DNA from: Candidatus Peribacteria bacterium
Lineage (GTDB): Bacteria; Patescibacteriota; Gracilibacteria; Peribacterales; Peribacteraceae
Direction of reading: 5' to 3'
NCBI GenBank assembly: GCA_943350395.1
Contig: CALRAD010000001.1
Location: 35,860 to 99,859, forward strand
Length of the DNA stretch: 64,000 bases
Below the pieces are notes generated by a model. That model had not been told where the DNA came from and ran no database searches. It saw only the letters and a program-made list of their open reading frames with translations. Shown one piece after another: positions 9,266 to 19,300 of the stretch. Position numbers and translations under genes: made by a program. The first letter of the stretch is position 1; each line of letters begins with the position of its first letter.

Positions 9266-9817
9266 ATGGGACGCGCTTATAAGAATTTTTGGGCATTAAA
9301 CACTGATGAAGCAGTTGCAGCAGGCATTCTAAGGAATTCTATTCCCAAAAATCTTGAAGTGTTTATGCCACTCAATGCTCAAATGAAAGATACGGATTTG
9401 GTTTTAATGAATATGGATACAAAAAAGGCGCTGAAGATTCAGGTCAAAGGCAGCAGGGCATATGAACCACGGAAAAGTGAAATAGAAGACCATGGAGCTG
9501 GTTCTACAGGATGGTTTTATTTCAAGAAAGACGTCGTTCACAAAAATACGGCCGACTATTTTATTTTTCTAATCTACGTCATAGAAGAAAACAAAAAATC
9601 AGGTAGGAGAACTATCTCACCTCACACCTTAACAATATCCACATTTGAACTAGGAAGATTATGTAAGAAATATAAGCAAGTAGGAAAGGGCGACCGATAT
9701 AATTTTTTCTTTTGGATTAATCCACTCAAGAAAACCTCATTTGAGATGAGGAATGAAAAGTTTGATACATCAACGTATTTAGATGAGAGAGGTCTAAAAA
9801 AGCTTTGTCAGCTCTAG
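9266..9817 (+). CDS. PD-(D/E)XK nuclease-like protein
   Basis: DTDLVL..KALKIQVKGS pattern and ADYFIF; visibly AT-rich DNA. Confidence 0.7.
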   Translation: MGRAYKNFWALNTDEAVAAGILRNSIPKNLEVFMPLNAQMKDTDLVLMNMDTKKALKIQVKGSRAYEPRKSEIEDHGAGSTGWFYFKKDVVHKNTADYFIFLIYVIEENKKSGRRTISPHTLTISTFELGRLCKKYKQVGKGDRYNFFFWINPLKKTSFEMRNEKFDTSTYLDERGLKKLCQL

Positions 9818-9849
9818 AAAAAGCCACGTCGGGGAGCATATCCGCCCTA

Positions 9850-10778
9850 CTACGCCTCGTAGGTCTTTTTCAATGTTAGAAGATCGAGTTTCTTCATCTT
9901 CAGTAATGCCTGCGTGACGCGGCGATTTTCTCTTGATCGCCGCTCTGCATCATCGTTTCCAAGTCAACAGGCGAAACCTGCCATGAGAGACCATACTTGT
10001 CCTTGAGCCATCCGCACTGCTCGGCTTCGGGGACGGCGGAGAGTAAGTTCCAGTAATAGTCGATTTCTTTCTGGTCCTTGCAACGAACCAGAAGCGAAAT
10101 TGCTTCGCTGAAACCGAACTTGTGCATGTGGCCGCTGTCCATCGCCGTGAACCACTGACCCTGCAGCATGAACTCGGCAAACATGAGCTTTGCCGCTGGC
10201 TCCGGTGATGCGCCTGGTGGATAAGGAGCAGTCAGACCGCGCTTAGAATCCTTGAAAACTGACACATAGAAATCGATCGCTTCATTTGCTTTCCCCGTGA
10301 TGTCACCCGTAAACATGAGTGATGGGGTGATGAACGGACGCGACTCGCGTTCCGGCTTCGTCAGCATCAGCTGCCAGTTCACACCGAATTTGTCCTGAAT
10401 CCATCCGTAATGATCGCTGAACGGATACGTGTCGAGCGGCATAAGAACTTTGCCGCCATCAGAAAGTTTGCACCAGAGCGCATCCAGATTCTTGCGTGCA
10501 TCTTTATCATTCGACGGGTCGAAGTTCAGCATGAAGGAAATCGATGGGTTGAGCTTGAAATACGGTCCCGCACTGATCCCCATGAACGAATATCCAGCAA
10601 GATCGAACGAGACGATGTCGCAATCCCCTGACGGTGTGTCTCGAAGCACAGCCGTGTGTGTGATTTTCGAACCGGCTGCCTGTGGTGAGCTTGTCGAACT
10701 ACCGAAGGCGGCAACATAAAACTCCGCGGCTTGTACCGCTTCCTTATTGAACCAGAGATGGGGAACAATTTTTTGCAT
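9850..10778 (-). CDS. Tandem VOC/PhnB (3-dmu-9_3-mt) protein with a frameshift near the C-terminus
   Basis: QKIVPHLWF, YGWIQDKFGVNWQ, CGWLKDKYGLSWQV; conserved tail RVTQALLKMKKLD lies in a different frame. Confidence 0.88.
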
Positions 10779-10918
10779 AATTCAAAGATACCAACAGTAT
10801 AGACGACCGGAAGAAAACATTCTTTCAAAGATTTCGTTCAATGACGAAGCAACCGCCTTCAAGATGGTACTGGACTGGGATGATGCGGGAACATTACCAC
10901 TTGCGGTTTTGCAACACA

Positions 10919-11848
10919 CTACTGGTTAGGGACTCTCGTGGAGAGAGGAGGAATGACCATCTGAAGATCAGCCAGATCTATCGTATCCCCGTCCTTCAAG
11001 ACCTTCAGCTCTTGTTGATCTCTCAGGATTCGTACATCTTCATCACCGATCACGGTTGCGATGACTTTATGAGCAGTCCAGTTGAGAATGAGTGCAGTTC
11101 TATCCTTAATCCCGAAGCACAGTTGCTGCGGATGCTTTTTTGAAACGCCAAGTAAACGCTCGGCGCGACCTTCTCTCAGATGATGTTGATCGATCACCGC
11201 CCATGGAACGAAACCAAACCCCTCGTCTAGTTCAGCCTCAAACAATCCTTTTCTGATCATGAGCTTGCTCATGGCGGATGCTCCGGCAGAACTGCCGCCA
11301 ATCAGTCCTCCTCTCTCGGAAAACTTCTGCAATGCCTTATGAAATTTCGTGTTGCGATAGAGATCGACAAGATCGCCTTGATCGCCACCATTCAACCAGA
11401 CAGCTGTTGCATCGTTCAGATCTTCGACAAATTCATCCTTGTCGGCTTCTTCTGCTTCATCTGCATGAATAATTTTTGCCTTTCCCACTTCGTGTTGCCA
11501 CTTCCAGTAAGAATCGATGTTTTTATCATGTTTCGCATCTTTACTCGCACTAGGGCACACAAGTACTTTCCCCTGCTTTCCTCCGGCCATTTTCACAAAC
11601 TTTCTGTGAACTGCTTCGGGCAGATGACCGCCGCCGCCAATCAAAAACCTGCGTGGCGGAGTCTCAGAAACGGCTTCCAGCAAGTCTTCCGATCGTGCAA
11701 CATTCGCAGAGATCGCGAGGAGCACACCGGCTGCAATCTTGCAATACATGTGTCGAAATTTTTCTGATAATTTGGGCTGCGGGGCTGAAGTTATTATCGG
11801 CTCCGAAGCCTCGAGTGAGAGAGTATTACTTTTCGTAATCTCTACCAT
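10919..11848 (-). CDS. Cyanophycinase-like serine peptidase (S51) with N-terminal signal/anchor
   Basis: LIGGGG, WLNGGDQ, GGSSAGA, IDQHH..GRAERL; hydrophobic KIAAGVLLAISANVARS. Confidence 0.85.
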   Translation of the reverse strand: MVEITKSNTLSLEASEPIITSAPQPKLSEKFRHMYCKIAAGVLLAISANVARSEDLLEAVSETPPRRFLIGGGGHLPEAVHRKFVKMAGGKQGKVLVCPSASKDAKHDKNIDSYWKWQHEVGKAKIIHADEAEEADKDEFVEDLNDATAVWLNGGDQGDLVDLYRNTKFHKALQKFSERGGLIGGSSAGASAMSKLMIRKGLFEAELDEGFGFVPWAVIDQHHLREGRAERLLGVSKKHPQQLCFGIKDRTALILNWTAHKVIATVIGDEDVRILRDQQELKVLKDGDTIDLADLQMVIPPLSTRVPNQ

Positions 11849-11912
11849 ACCCTTGAGTGTGGAAGTGCTCCGTCACTCTGTCAAGATTTCCAAACAGTGA
11901 TACACTTGCTTT

Positions 11913-12365
11913 ATGTCTCCCGTTCGCAATCTCATTCCCATCGGCTCTCTCGTCCTCGGCATCATTTTCGCTCTCGTTCTTCATTCAAATTTTCCGCTGC
12001 AAACTGTCATCGAGTATCCTTGGACACTCCTCGGCATTCCGTTGATCGTCTTCGGCCTTCTGCAATTTACACTGTCCGTATCGCATTTTGTTCGACACAA
12101 AACGGACATTCGACCGTCAGGAAAGCCGACGACGCTCATTGTGAACGGTCCCTTTCGGTATACGCGAAACCCGATCTACCTGGCGAATATGATTGTTCTT
12201 TTGGGCGTGTGCCTTCTTCTTGGTTCTGTCGCATCGTTCATCGTCATCCCTCTCTACTTCGTCATCGTGAATTCGTTCATCGTTCCGTTTGAGGAAGCTA
12301 TGCTCGTCACGGTTTTCTCGGAACAATACAATGAATACACGAAGCGGGTGCGTCGCTGGCTCTAG
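11913..12365 (+). CDS. Isoprenylcysteine carboxyl methyltransferase/PEMT family membrane protein
   Basis: LIVNGPFRYTRNPIY, EEAML..YNEYTKRVRRWL. Confidence 0.9.
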   Translation: MSPVRNLIPIGSLVLGIIFALVLHSNFPLQTVIEYPWTLLGIPLIVFGLLQFTLSVSHFVRHKTDIRPSGKPTTLIVNGPFRYTRNPIYLANMIVLLGVCLLLGSVASFIVIPLYFVIVNSFIVPFEEAMLVTVFSEQYNEYTKRVRRWL

Positions 12366-12385
12366 AATCGTGTCATACTTCAGCC

Positions 12386-13390
12386 ATGCGGATACAACTC
12401 ATGCTTCTCGGGTGTATTGCACTGACAGGGTGCAAAGCTCTAGTTCCGCCTAATGTGGCTTCGGATCAAGCGATGGAAGCATCAACATTTGCTTCCGAAA
12501 TTGCGATCGAACAAGTTCCAAGCGTACTCTCGATCGATCACCTCTCGTCGATGCGACTCGTAGGGAGCGATTTTGTGCTAGAAAATACCCTCGATGACAA
12601 TGATGCCTACGCGAGACATGCAATTTCTTACAGGAGTAATGGACTCAAAATCAGCGGAATCCTCAACATTCCAAAAGGTAAAGGTCCGTTCCCTCTTCTC
12701 ATCTTCAACCACGGATACATCGATCCAACTGTGTACACAAGAGGCCGAGGACTGAAGCGCGAACAGGATTACATGGCAAGACATGGATTCGCCGTTCTTC
12801 ATACGGATTACCGTGGTCACCGCGAAAGCGACCCGAGTCCGGATACCCGCGAGATCTACGATGCGGGCTTCGAGTATGCAATGGACAGTATGAATGCCAT
12901 TTACGCCATCCGAGCTGCCGCATTGCCGACAATCGATACAAAGCGTATCGGTATGCTCGGTCACTCGCTCGGCGGAGGCGTGACCCTGAATGTTCTGACG
13001 AGTCATCCTGAGCTCGTCTCCGCAGCCGTGCTGTATGCACCAGTACACAGTGATGCATGGGAGAACTTCGTGAGATGGCGAAAAGAACGACCGGAGGGCG
13101 ACCGGACGGTTGCAGCACTCGGCACACGTGAAGGAAATCCATCGGCATGGGACTCACTCTCCTCGCTGTCGCGTCTACGTGAAATCAAAACACCCGTGCT
13201 GCTGTTTCACGGCACGAACGACAAAGATGTGCCGATCGCTTGGTCCGAGTTTCTCCACGAGAAACTCACATCATTCGGAAAAAAGTCAACATACGTCGTC
13301 TACGAAGGTGAAGGACACGAGTATGCCGGACAGTGGCAAGATTTCATGAGGACATCTGGCAAATTCTTATCTGTGCATTTGGCACAGTAG
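12386..13390 (+). CDS. Alpha/beta hydrolase (S9-like) lipoprotein
   Basis: LTGC lipobox, NHGY, DYRGH, GHSLGG, FHGTNDKDV, GEGH. Confidence 0.88.
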   Translation: MRIQLMLLGCIALTGCKALVPPNVASDQAMEASTFASEIAIEQVPSVLSIDHLSSMRLVGSDFVLENTLDDNDAYARHAISYRSNGLKISGILNIPKGKGPFPLLIFNHGYIDPTVYTRGRGLKREQDYMARHGFAVLHTDYRGHRESDPSPDTREIYDAGFEYAMDSMNAIYAIRAAALPTIDTKRIGMLGHSLGGGVTLNVLTSHPELVSAAVLYAPVHSDAWENFVRWRKERPEGDRTVAALGTREGNPSAWDSLSSLSRLREIKTPVLLFHGTNDKDVPIAWSEFLHEKLTSFGKKSTYVVYEGEGHEYAGQWQDFMRTSGKFLSVHLAQ

Positions 13391-13411
13391 AGAAGGTATA
13401 CAATTCATCTC

Positions 13412-14743
13412 ATGCAGAAAACCGATCTCACCACGTTCCTGATCCCCTTCGTCTATTTCATCGCGGGAGCAACGAGCCTCGCCGGAGTCGCAACCACGTT
13501 CTTCTACAAGGATGACATCGGGCTTTCGATCGCACAGGTGCAGATCCTCGGTTCGATCGCCATCCTCCCCTGGAGCATCAAGCCGATCTACGGGATGATT
13601 TCCGATCGTGTGCCCATCTGGAAACTGCGACGAAAACCATACCTCTTCTTCGCAGGACTCTGCGGATCTGCAGGCTATTTTCTGATGGCGACGACCGTGA
13701 TGGGGTTTGCGGGTGCGGTCACCGCAAGTCTTCTGTCTGCTCTCGGCTTTGCCCTGGCGGACGTCATTGTAGACGGCATCGTCGCCGAACGAAGTAGGAC
13801 GCAGAAAGAAGCAGGGAAACTGCAAACAATTTGTCGCGCCTCTCTCATGACCGGAGCGATCGTCGTTTCCTATCTCTCCGGAGTCCTGGTCGAAAGCATC
13901 GGAGCTCGGAACGTTTTCTTCATCACGGGAAGTCTGCCGATCTTGACCTCTATTTTTGCGCTCCTCATGGAGGAATCTCCCGATACAACAGTGCTGAAAA
14001 CAAGCATCCGAGATTTTTTGAAGAACATCAAAGCCCTGTGCACACCGGCACTTCTTTGGTCGATCCTGTTTCTCTTTCTCTGGAGATCGACCCCAACGAG
14101 CGGCGGAGCCTTCAGTTACTTTTTAATCGATGAACTCAAATTCAAGCCGGAGTTCTTCGGAACGCTTTCACTCGTGAGCAACCTCACCGCGATCCTCGGC
14201 ATCGTGATCTTCAGAAAATTCCTCTTGAGTCTTCCGCTCCGCACACTCTTCCTCTGGATCGTGATCCTGAGCATCGTACTCTCGCTGCCAACCCTCGGAC
14301 TCGTCTACGGCTGGTACGCACTCCTCGGCATGAGCCCCGAATTCTTCGCAATCGCCGATACGGCGATCGGCGGAGCATTGCAGGAAATCGGCTTCTTGCC
14401 ACTCCTGGTTCTCGCTGCAAGACTCTGTCCGAAGGGAATGGAGGCGACGATGTTTGCGCTCCTTGCAAGCGTCATGAACATCGGGCTTGCGGTAAGCGAT
14501 CTCGGGGGTGCTGCACTCACGACGATCTTCCACGTACACGGCGCAACGGACGCCCTTGCATCAGATTACGCAAATCTTGACATCGTAATGTGGATCGCCA
14601 TCCTCTCGAGTGCATTGCCGCTCCCGCTTCTCCGGTTCCTGCCGGAAACGCGCGAAACGAGCGAATGGAAAGCGGCCGATTCTCCATCCGGGATTGCAAG
14701 CGGGATCAACGCTCTCGATCCTCTGAAGAGCGACATCGTGTAA
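13412..14743 (+). CDS. Folate/biopterin transporter (FBT/BT1 family, MFS)
   Basis: LPWSIKPIYGMISD..RRKPY, ADVIVDG, LAARLCPKGMEATMFALL. Confidence 0.9.
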   Translation: MQKTDLTTFLIPFVYFIAGATSLAGVATTFFYKDDIGLSIAQVQILGSIAILPWSIKPIYGMISDRVPIWKLRRKPYLFFAGLCGSAGYFLMATTVMGFAGAVTASLLSALGFALADVIVDGIVAERSRTQKEAGKLQTICRASLMTGAIVVSYLSGVLVESIGARNVFFITGSLPILTSIFALLMEESPDTTVLKTSIRDFLKNIKALCTPALLWSILFLFLWRSTPTSGGAFSYFLIDELKFKPEFFGTLSLVSNLTAILGIVIFRKFLLSLPLRTLFLWIVILSIVLSLPTLGLVYGWYALLGMSPEFFAIADTAIGGALQEIGFLPLLVLAARLCPKGMEATMFALLASVMNIGLAVSDLGGAALTTIFHVHGATDALASDYANLDIVMWIAILSSALPLPLLRFLPETRETSEWKAADSPSGIASGINALDPLKSDIV

Positions 14744-14769
14744 AGGGCGAAGAAGAGTAGAATGCCGCC

Positions 14770-15612
14770 ATGTCGATGCGTTCACAGTTTTCCTGGAAAC
14801 ACGGCGTTCGCGTCGTCCTTGCGATGGGCTTCGCCGATTTTCTTCTCAAATACCGAGGATCATTTTTAGGTTTTCTTTGGTCGTTCATCATTCCGCTGTT
14901 CAAATTTTTCGTTATCTTCCATGTCTTCAATCCGTTCATTAAGAATATCCCCTCTTATCATCTCTACCTCTTTCTCGGCCTCATCCTCTGGGAACACTTT
15001 TCTCTCGTAACAGGCAACTGCATGACGATGCTCCACGAGAAAGCGGCAATCATCCAGAAAGTGGTTTTCCCGAGAATACTTCTCATTCTTTCCGTCGGAT
15101 GGACTCATGTACTCATCCTCTTCTGCTATTTCATCATCTTCCTCGGCATCGCACTGCTGATGGGAATAGCGCCAACGCCGGGACTTCTCTATATTCCGGT
15201 GCTCTTCGTGCAAGCAACACTTATTAGTCTGTCGATCGGTATGCTCCTCAGCTCCTACGCGTTGAAGTATCGCGACCTACAACACCTATGGAGCATTGCC
15301 CTGCAAGTCTTCTTCTGGCTCACTCCCGTCATCTATCCCTACACACCGAAAGCGACCGTTACGCAGGATTTCTTCAACCTCTTCTCCGGATCCTTGAAAG
15401 TATCTCTGTGGTCTCTCTTCGACATCTTCATTCGCTTCCAGCCGCTCTCGATACTCCTCCATGACGCGAGAAGATCCATCCTGTATCCCGATACGCTCGG
15501 CGTTCCGAGCATTCTCCACACAATCGTGTTCAGTATCATCTGCCTGCTGCTCTTTGGTCTCGGAGCAATGGTTTTCCACAAACGAAGCCGCTACTTTGTT
15601 CAGGAATACTGA
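14770..15612 (+). CDS. wzm: Polysaccharide ABC transporter permease
   Basis: KYRGSFLGFLWSFIIPL, YRDLQHL, FWLTPVIYP. Confidence 0.92.
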   Translation: MSMRSQFSWKHGVRVVLAMGFADFLLKYRGSFLGFLWSFIIPLFKFFVIFHVFNPFIKNIPSYHLYLFLGLILWEHFSLVTGNCMTMLHEKAAIIQKVVFPRILLILSVGWTHVLILFCYFIIFLGIALLMGIAPTPGLLYIPVLFVQATLISLSIGMLLSSYALKYRDLQHLWSIALQVFFWLTPVIYPYTPKATVTQDFFNLFSGSLKVSLWSLFDIFIRFQPLSILLHDARRSILYPDTLGVPSILHTIVFSIICLLLFGLGAMVFHKRSRYFVQEY

Positions 15613-16334
15613 TGAATCTCTCCGCTGTCTCCTGCAACGGCATCCATAAGACGTACGAACAGTACGTCTTTCCGTCGACAATGCTGCAAGATCATATTCT
15701 GCGCTGGCGCACGCATCGGCGGCGCTGGTCACTGAAGGTGCTGGAAAATATTTCTCTCTCTGTCGACAAAGGGGAGTGGGTGGGTCTGTACGGACCGAAT
15801 GGCAGCGGAAAAACAACACTCCTGCGTATCTTGGCAGGCTTGCTGCCTCAGGACACCGGAACGGTCTCCGCCAACGGTCGACTCTCTTGCTTCTTCGATT
15901 TGGGTGTCGGCTTCCATCCGGAGAGATCAGCCGTCGAAAATATCTACCTGCACGGGTTGATCCACGGGGTTGATCCTGCAACTATCGAGGGGCAAACGAA
16001 CGACATCATCGAACGTGCAGGAGTGTCTACTCACCGCGACCTTCCCATTAAGTGCTACAGCACCGGAATGAGATTGCGTCTCGCGTTCATCACCATCATG
16101 AGAACGGAGTCCGACATTTACCTGCTTGACGAAATACTGGCGGTGGGCGATGAAGCGTTTAAAAGCATCTGCAAGGAGGAAATGGACTCACTGCGCTCAA
16201 GAGGGAAAACAGTGATTATCGTTCACCATGGACTGAAGAGCCTCGAAAAAATCTGCAATCGGATTCTCTTCATGAATGCCGGAAAAATCGTGCGTGAAGA
16301 CTGCGGTCCTTGGAAGCCTTCACTATCGGAATAG
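15612..16334 (+). CDS. wzt: Polysaccharide ABC transporter ATPase without C-terminal CBM
   Basis: GPNGSGKT, YSTGMRLRLAF, LLDEILAVGD; only 240 aa. Confidence 0.92.
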   Translation: MNLSAVSCNGIHKTYEQYVFPSTMLQDHILRWRTHRRRWSLKVLENISLSVDKGEWVGLYGPNGSGKTTLLRILAGLLPQDTGTVSANGRLSCFFDLGVGFHPERSAVENIYLHGLIHGVDPATIEGQTNDIIERAGVSTHRDLPIKCYSTGMRLRLAFITIMRTESDIYLLDEILAVGDEAFKSICKEEMDSLRSRGKTVIIVHHGLKSLEKICNRILFMNAGKIVREDCGPWKPSLSE

Positions 16335-19300
16335 CCGTTCTTTCATCAGTTTGCCGATGACCTCAGGGGAATGGGTCTTTCTCATGTCGACTGCAGCTCT
16401 CGCACCGAGTGCCGACGCAAATGACCGATCATCAAAAAGGCGCCTCATGGCTGCAGCTGCTTCGCTGATATCGGGGTCAGCCCAAACATTGCCTTTACGA
16501 TAGGGAGGATAATGTTTAGAAAGAGGAATAAGTTTGTAGCCGATCGGCATGCTGTTTGCTTCCGTCATATATTCGGCATTGCCGGAATAATTTGTGGCAA
16601 TTACGGGCTTTCCGAGGAACATCGCTTCAGCAATCGTGAGACCGAAGCCTTCCGAACGGTGCAGTGAAACATACGCATCAGAGCAGCGAAGAAGATCGTC
16701 AACCTGTTGATTTGTAAAAAAAGAGCTGAGAAAGAGAATATTATGTCCATGTGCATGTTCTGAAAGACGAGCGTGAAGCAAGGGGTTTTCTTTCGCGTTG
16801 CTGAATTTCAAGACAAGTTGAACGTTCTCATCCGGAGAGAATGCGTTCTTAAAAGCTTCGATGACTGCTTCGGGGTTCTTACGCTCGGCGACGCTCTGAC
16901 AGTTGAAGACGAACAAGAAAACGAATGCATCTTTACCGATGCCGAAGTGTTCCCGTCCGAACTGCTGTCCTTCGGAAACGTATACGGGATGAGGGATCAC
17001 ATGGACGGGACAATCCACACAGAATGCGATCGCATCCGCTGAGAAACGACTGGGTGTCCAAATTTCATCGAACCACTTTGCTGCGAAACGGTACTGACGC
17101 GGGAAACGCGACAGTTCCCACACCCAGTACGCGATGCTCCTGTAACACGTCAACACCGAAGGATCTTCAGCTCTCAAAAAAGAAGCAAGACGATCCGCAT
17201 TCATATGCAGAAGGGTGGTTCCGTAGGTGTACTCGGATGTAAAACGAGATTGGAGCGCAGTCTGCACTCTGTCTTCAAAGGGAGATTCAAGATTATGAAG
17301 CGTCAAAGGAATGCCTGCTTTTTCGGCAGCCAAAACGTGCAACCGGGATGCCTGTCCGACCCCTGTACCTGATGTGAATGAACCAACCACATTGATCCCT
17401 GCGGGACGCGGGACGCACACTTTTTTTCTTTGACTGCGGGGCAGAAGATCACGCATGGAGAAATGGCTTCGAACCAACATGAAAAAACTGCGAGGCAGTA
17501 GTCGGCGGGCACACTCGGTACAAAAACGATACCAACGGAATGAATTCCGTCGCATAAAAATTTCATGAACAGACAATGTGGAGTGAATCTTCCGAATGCG
17601 TTTCAACGATGAAAAAAACTCTTCCGGAACATCGGGAAACACCGAGCGACGCTCCGAAGAGTGTAGCCATTCTGCAAATTGATCCCCAAAATGGGGAAAT
17701 TGCCGGGAAAGAACCATGCTGCCCTTCCACAGCAGAGAATGAGCATTGCTCAGAGGAAAGCCGGAATTCGTACGCGTATGCTCGGAATGCAGCCATTCAA
17801 CATACGAACCGACGCCGGTTGCAAAAGGGTTGCCAAAGCGCATTCTTTGGTGAAAAGACAGCATGTGAAAATGTCGACGCGCAAAGGCTGGAATATGCAT
17901 ACCACTACGAAATCGTGCGAACAAATAGGGAATATTTTTGGTGTCATTCCATCCATGACGTTGAAGAGCGTCTGCATACTGCTGTAGCAAGGGTTGAAGA
18001 GCAGGATACTTCTCAAGACTACGATCACTGTGATCGTACTTACACATTCGATCCGGTGTATCAGGTCTGAAGCCACTGAAGTGATAGAAGGTCAGAGGGC
18101 TGCCATTCACCATCCAACGTTTGTCCTGCCAGGCAACATTGCGCTCGTGCAAATTCCAGTACGCGACATTGCACGATGCATCTCGTAGAACGGTGACATC
18201 GGGAAAAATAACGGGGGCAAGATCCATCCATCGCTGATCGAAGAAGACATTCCGATTTGGCTCCTCGGTGCAATCATCCGTCACCTTCCGCTGCCACCAA
18301 TGCAGAAAATCCAAAGTCACAGAATTTCTGGATAGACCGATGAATCCGAGATTGAAGACACCGACTCGCAGCACATCATGTTCGGAAGGCCGAAGACCGT
18401 CCTGAATCGGTGTGAGCACATGCGGAGTGAGAACAATCGAATGCGAAGCAAGTGCAGTTTGTACCGAAAAAAGAGGGGCTTCGACGAGAATATCCGGATC
18501 GAGGTAGACAATCTGATCGGCGGAACGATTCTCAAAAATCCACTGAAGAAAAAAGGGCTTCACCGCAGTATGCAACTCGCGCATGCCATATCGAAAGCAA
18601 AATGAATCTCGATCGGGAAGAGGAATATCGCAGACGGGAACAATCGTAAACGTTTCATTAAGACCGGAAAATCCCTCTCCGAGATCGTCTACCAGAAGAA
18701 CAATGAGCTCGGCATCGGGATGCTGCACATGGAGTGAAGACGCAAGCACGCGAGCATAAGCGAGAAAATTTCTGGAAACGATCGTACAGAATGTCATCTT
18801 CTTTGTTGTCTGAACTACGGGAGCAATTGCGGGCACGACAGCTGAAGCATGTTTCTCTCTTCTCAAGAGACGTCGTATTTTTGGCTCCAAAACACGCAGA
18901 AAACGAGTGAGCTTCCAGCTTCTGGAATGCCACACCCGATGAAGATCGCTTTCAAGCAATTTCATTTCCTTCCCGAGTGAATCACGAACAAAGCGGGAGA
19001 GAGCGAGTTCCCTCTCGACATCACCGAAACGCGCAAGAAGCAGACTTTTTTCATTCCTCAATTGTTCCAGCGATTGCTCCTGAATACGCCTTGCAGCCTT
19101 CTCCTGCTTCAGCATATTCTCCAGTTCTTGCTGCACAGCACTGGACACTTGACGAGAACTTTCTTCTTCCCTGTGTACCTCCGCCACTTCGATCGCAAGT
19201 TTGATGCGCTCCTCCTCCAATGACTGGACATGACGACGCACGACATCCGGCAGTTCTAGCTGAAGAAGAAACGAACGAAGAAGAGGTTTTTTCTCAAGCA

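Noticed and set aside
8494..11900. Prophage or integrative element at tRNA-Asn
   Set aside because: No integrase or phage genes, and I found no duplicated tRNA 3' end
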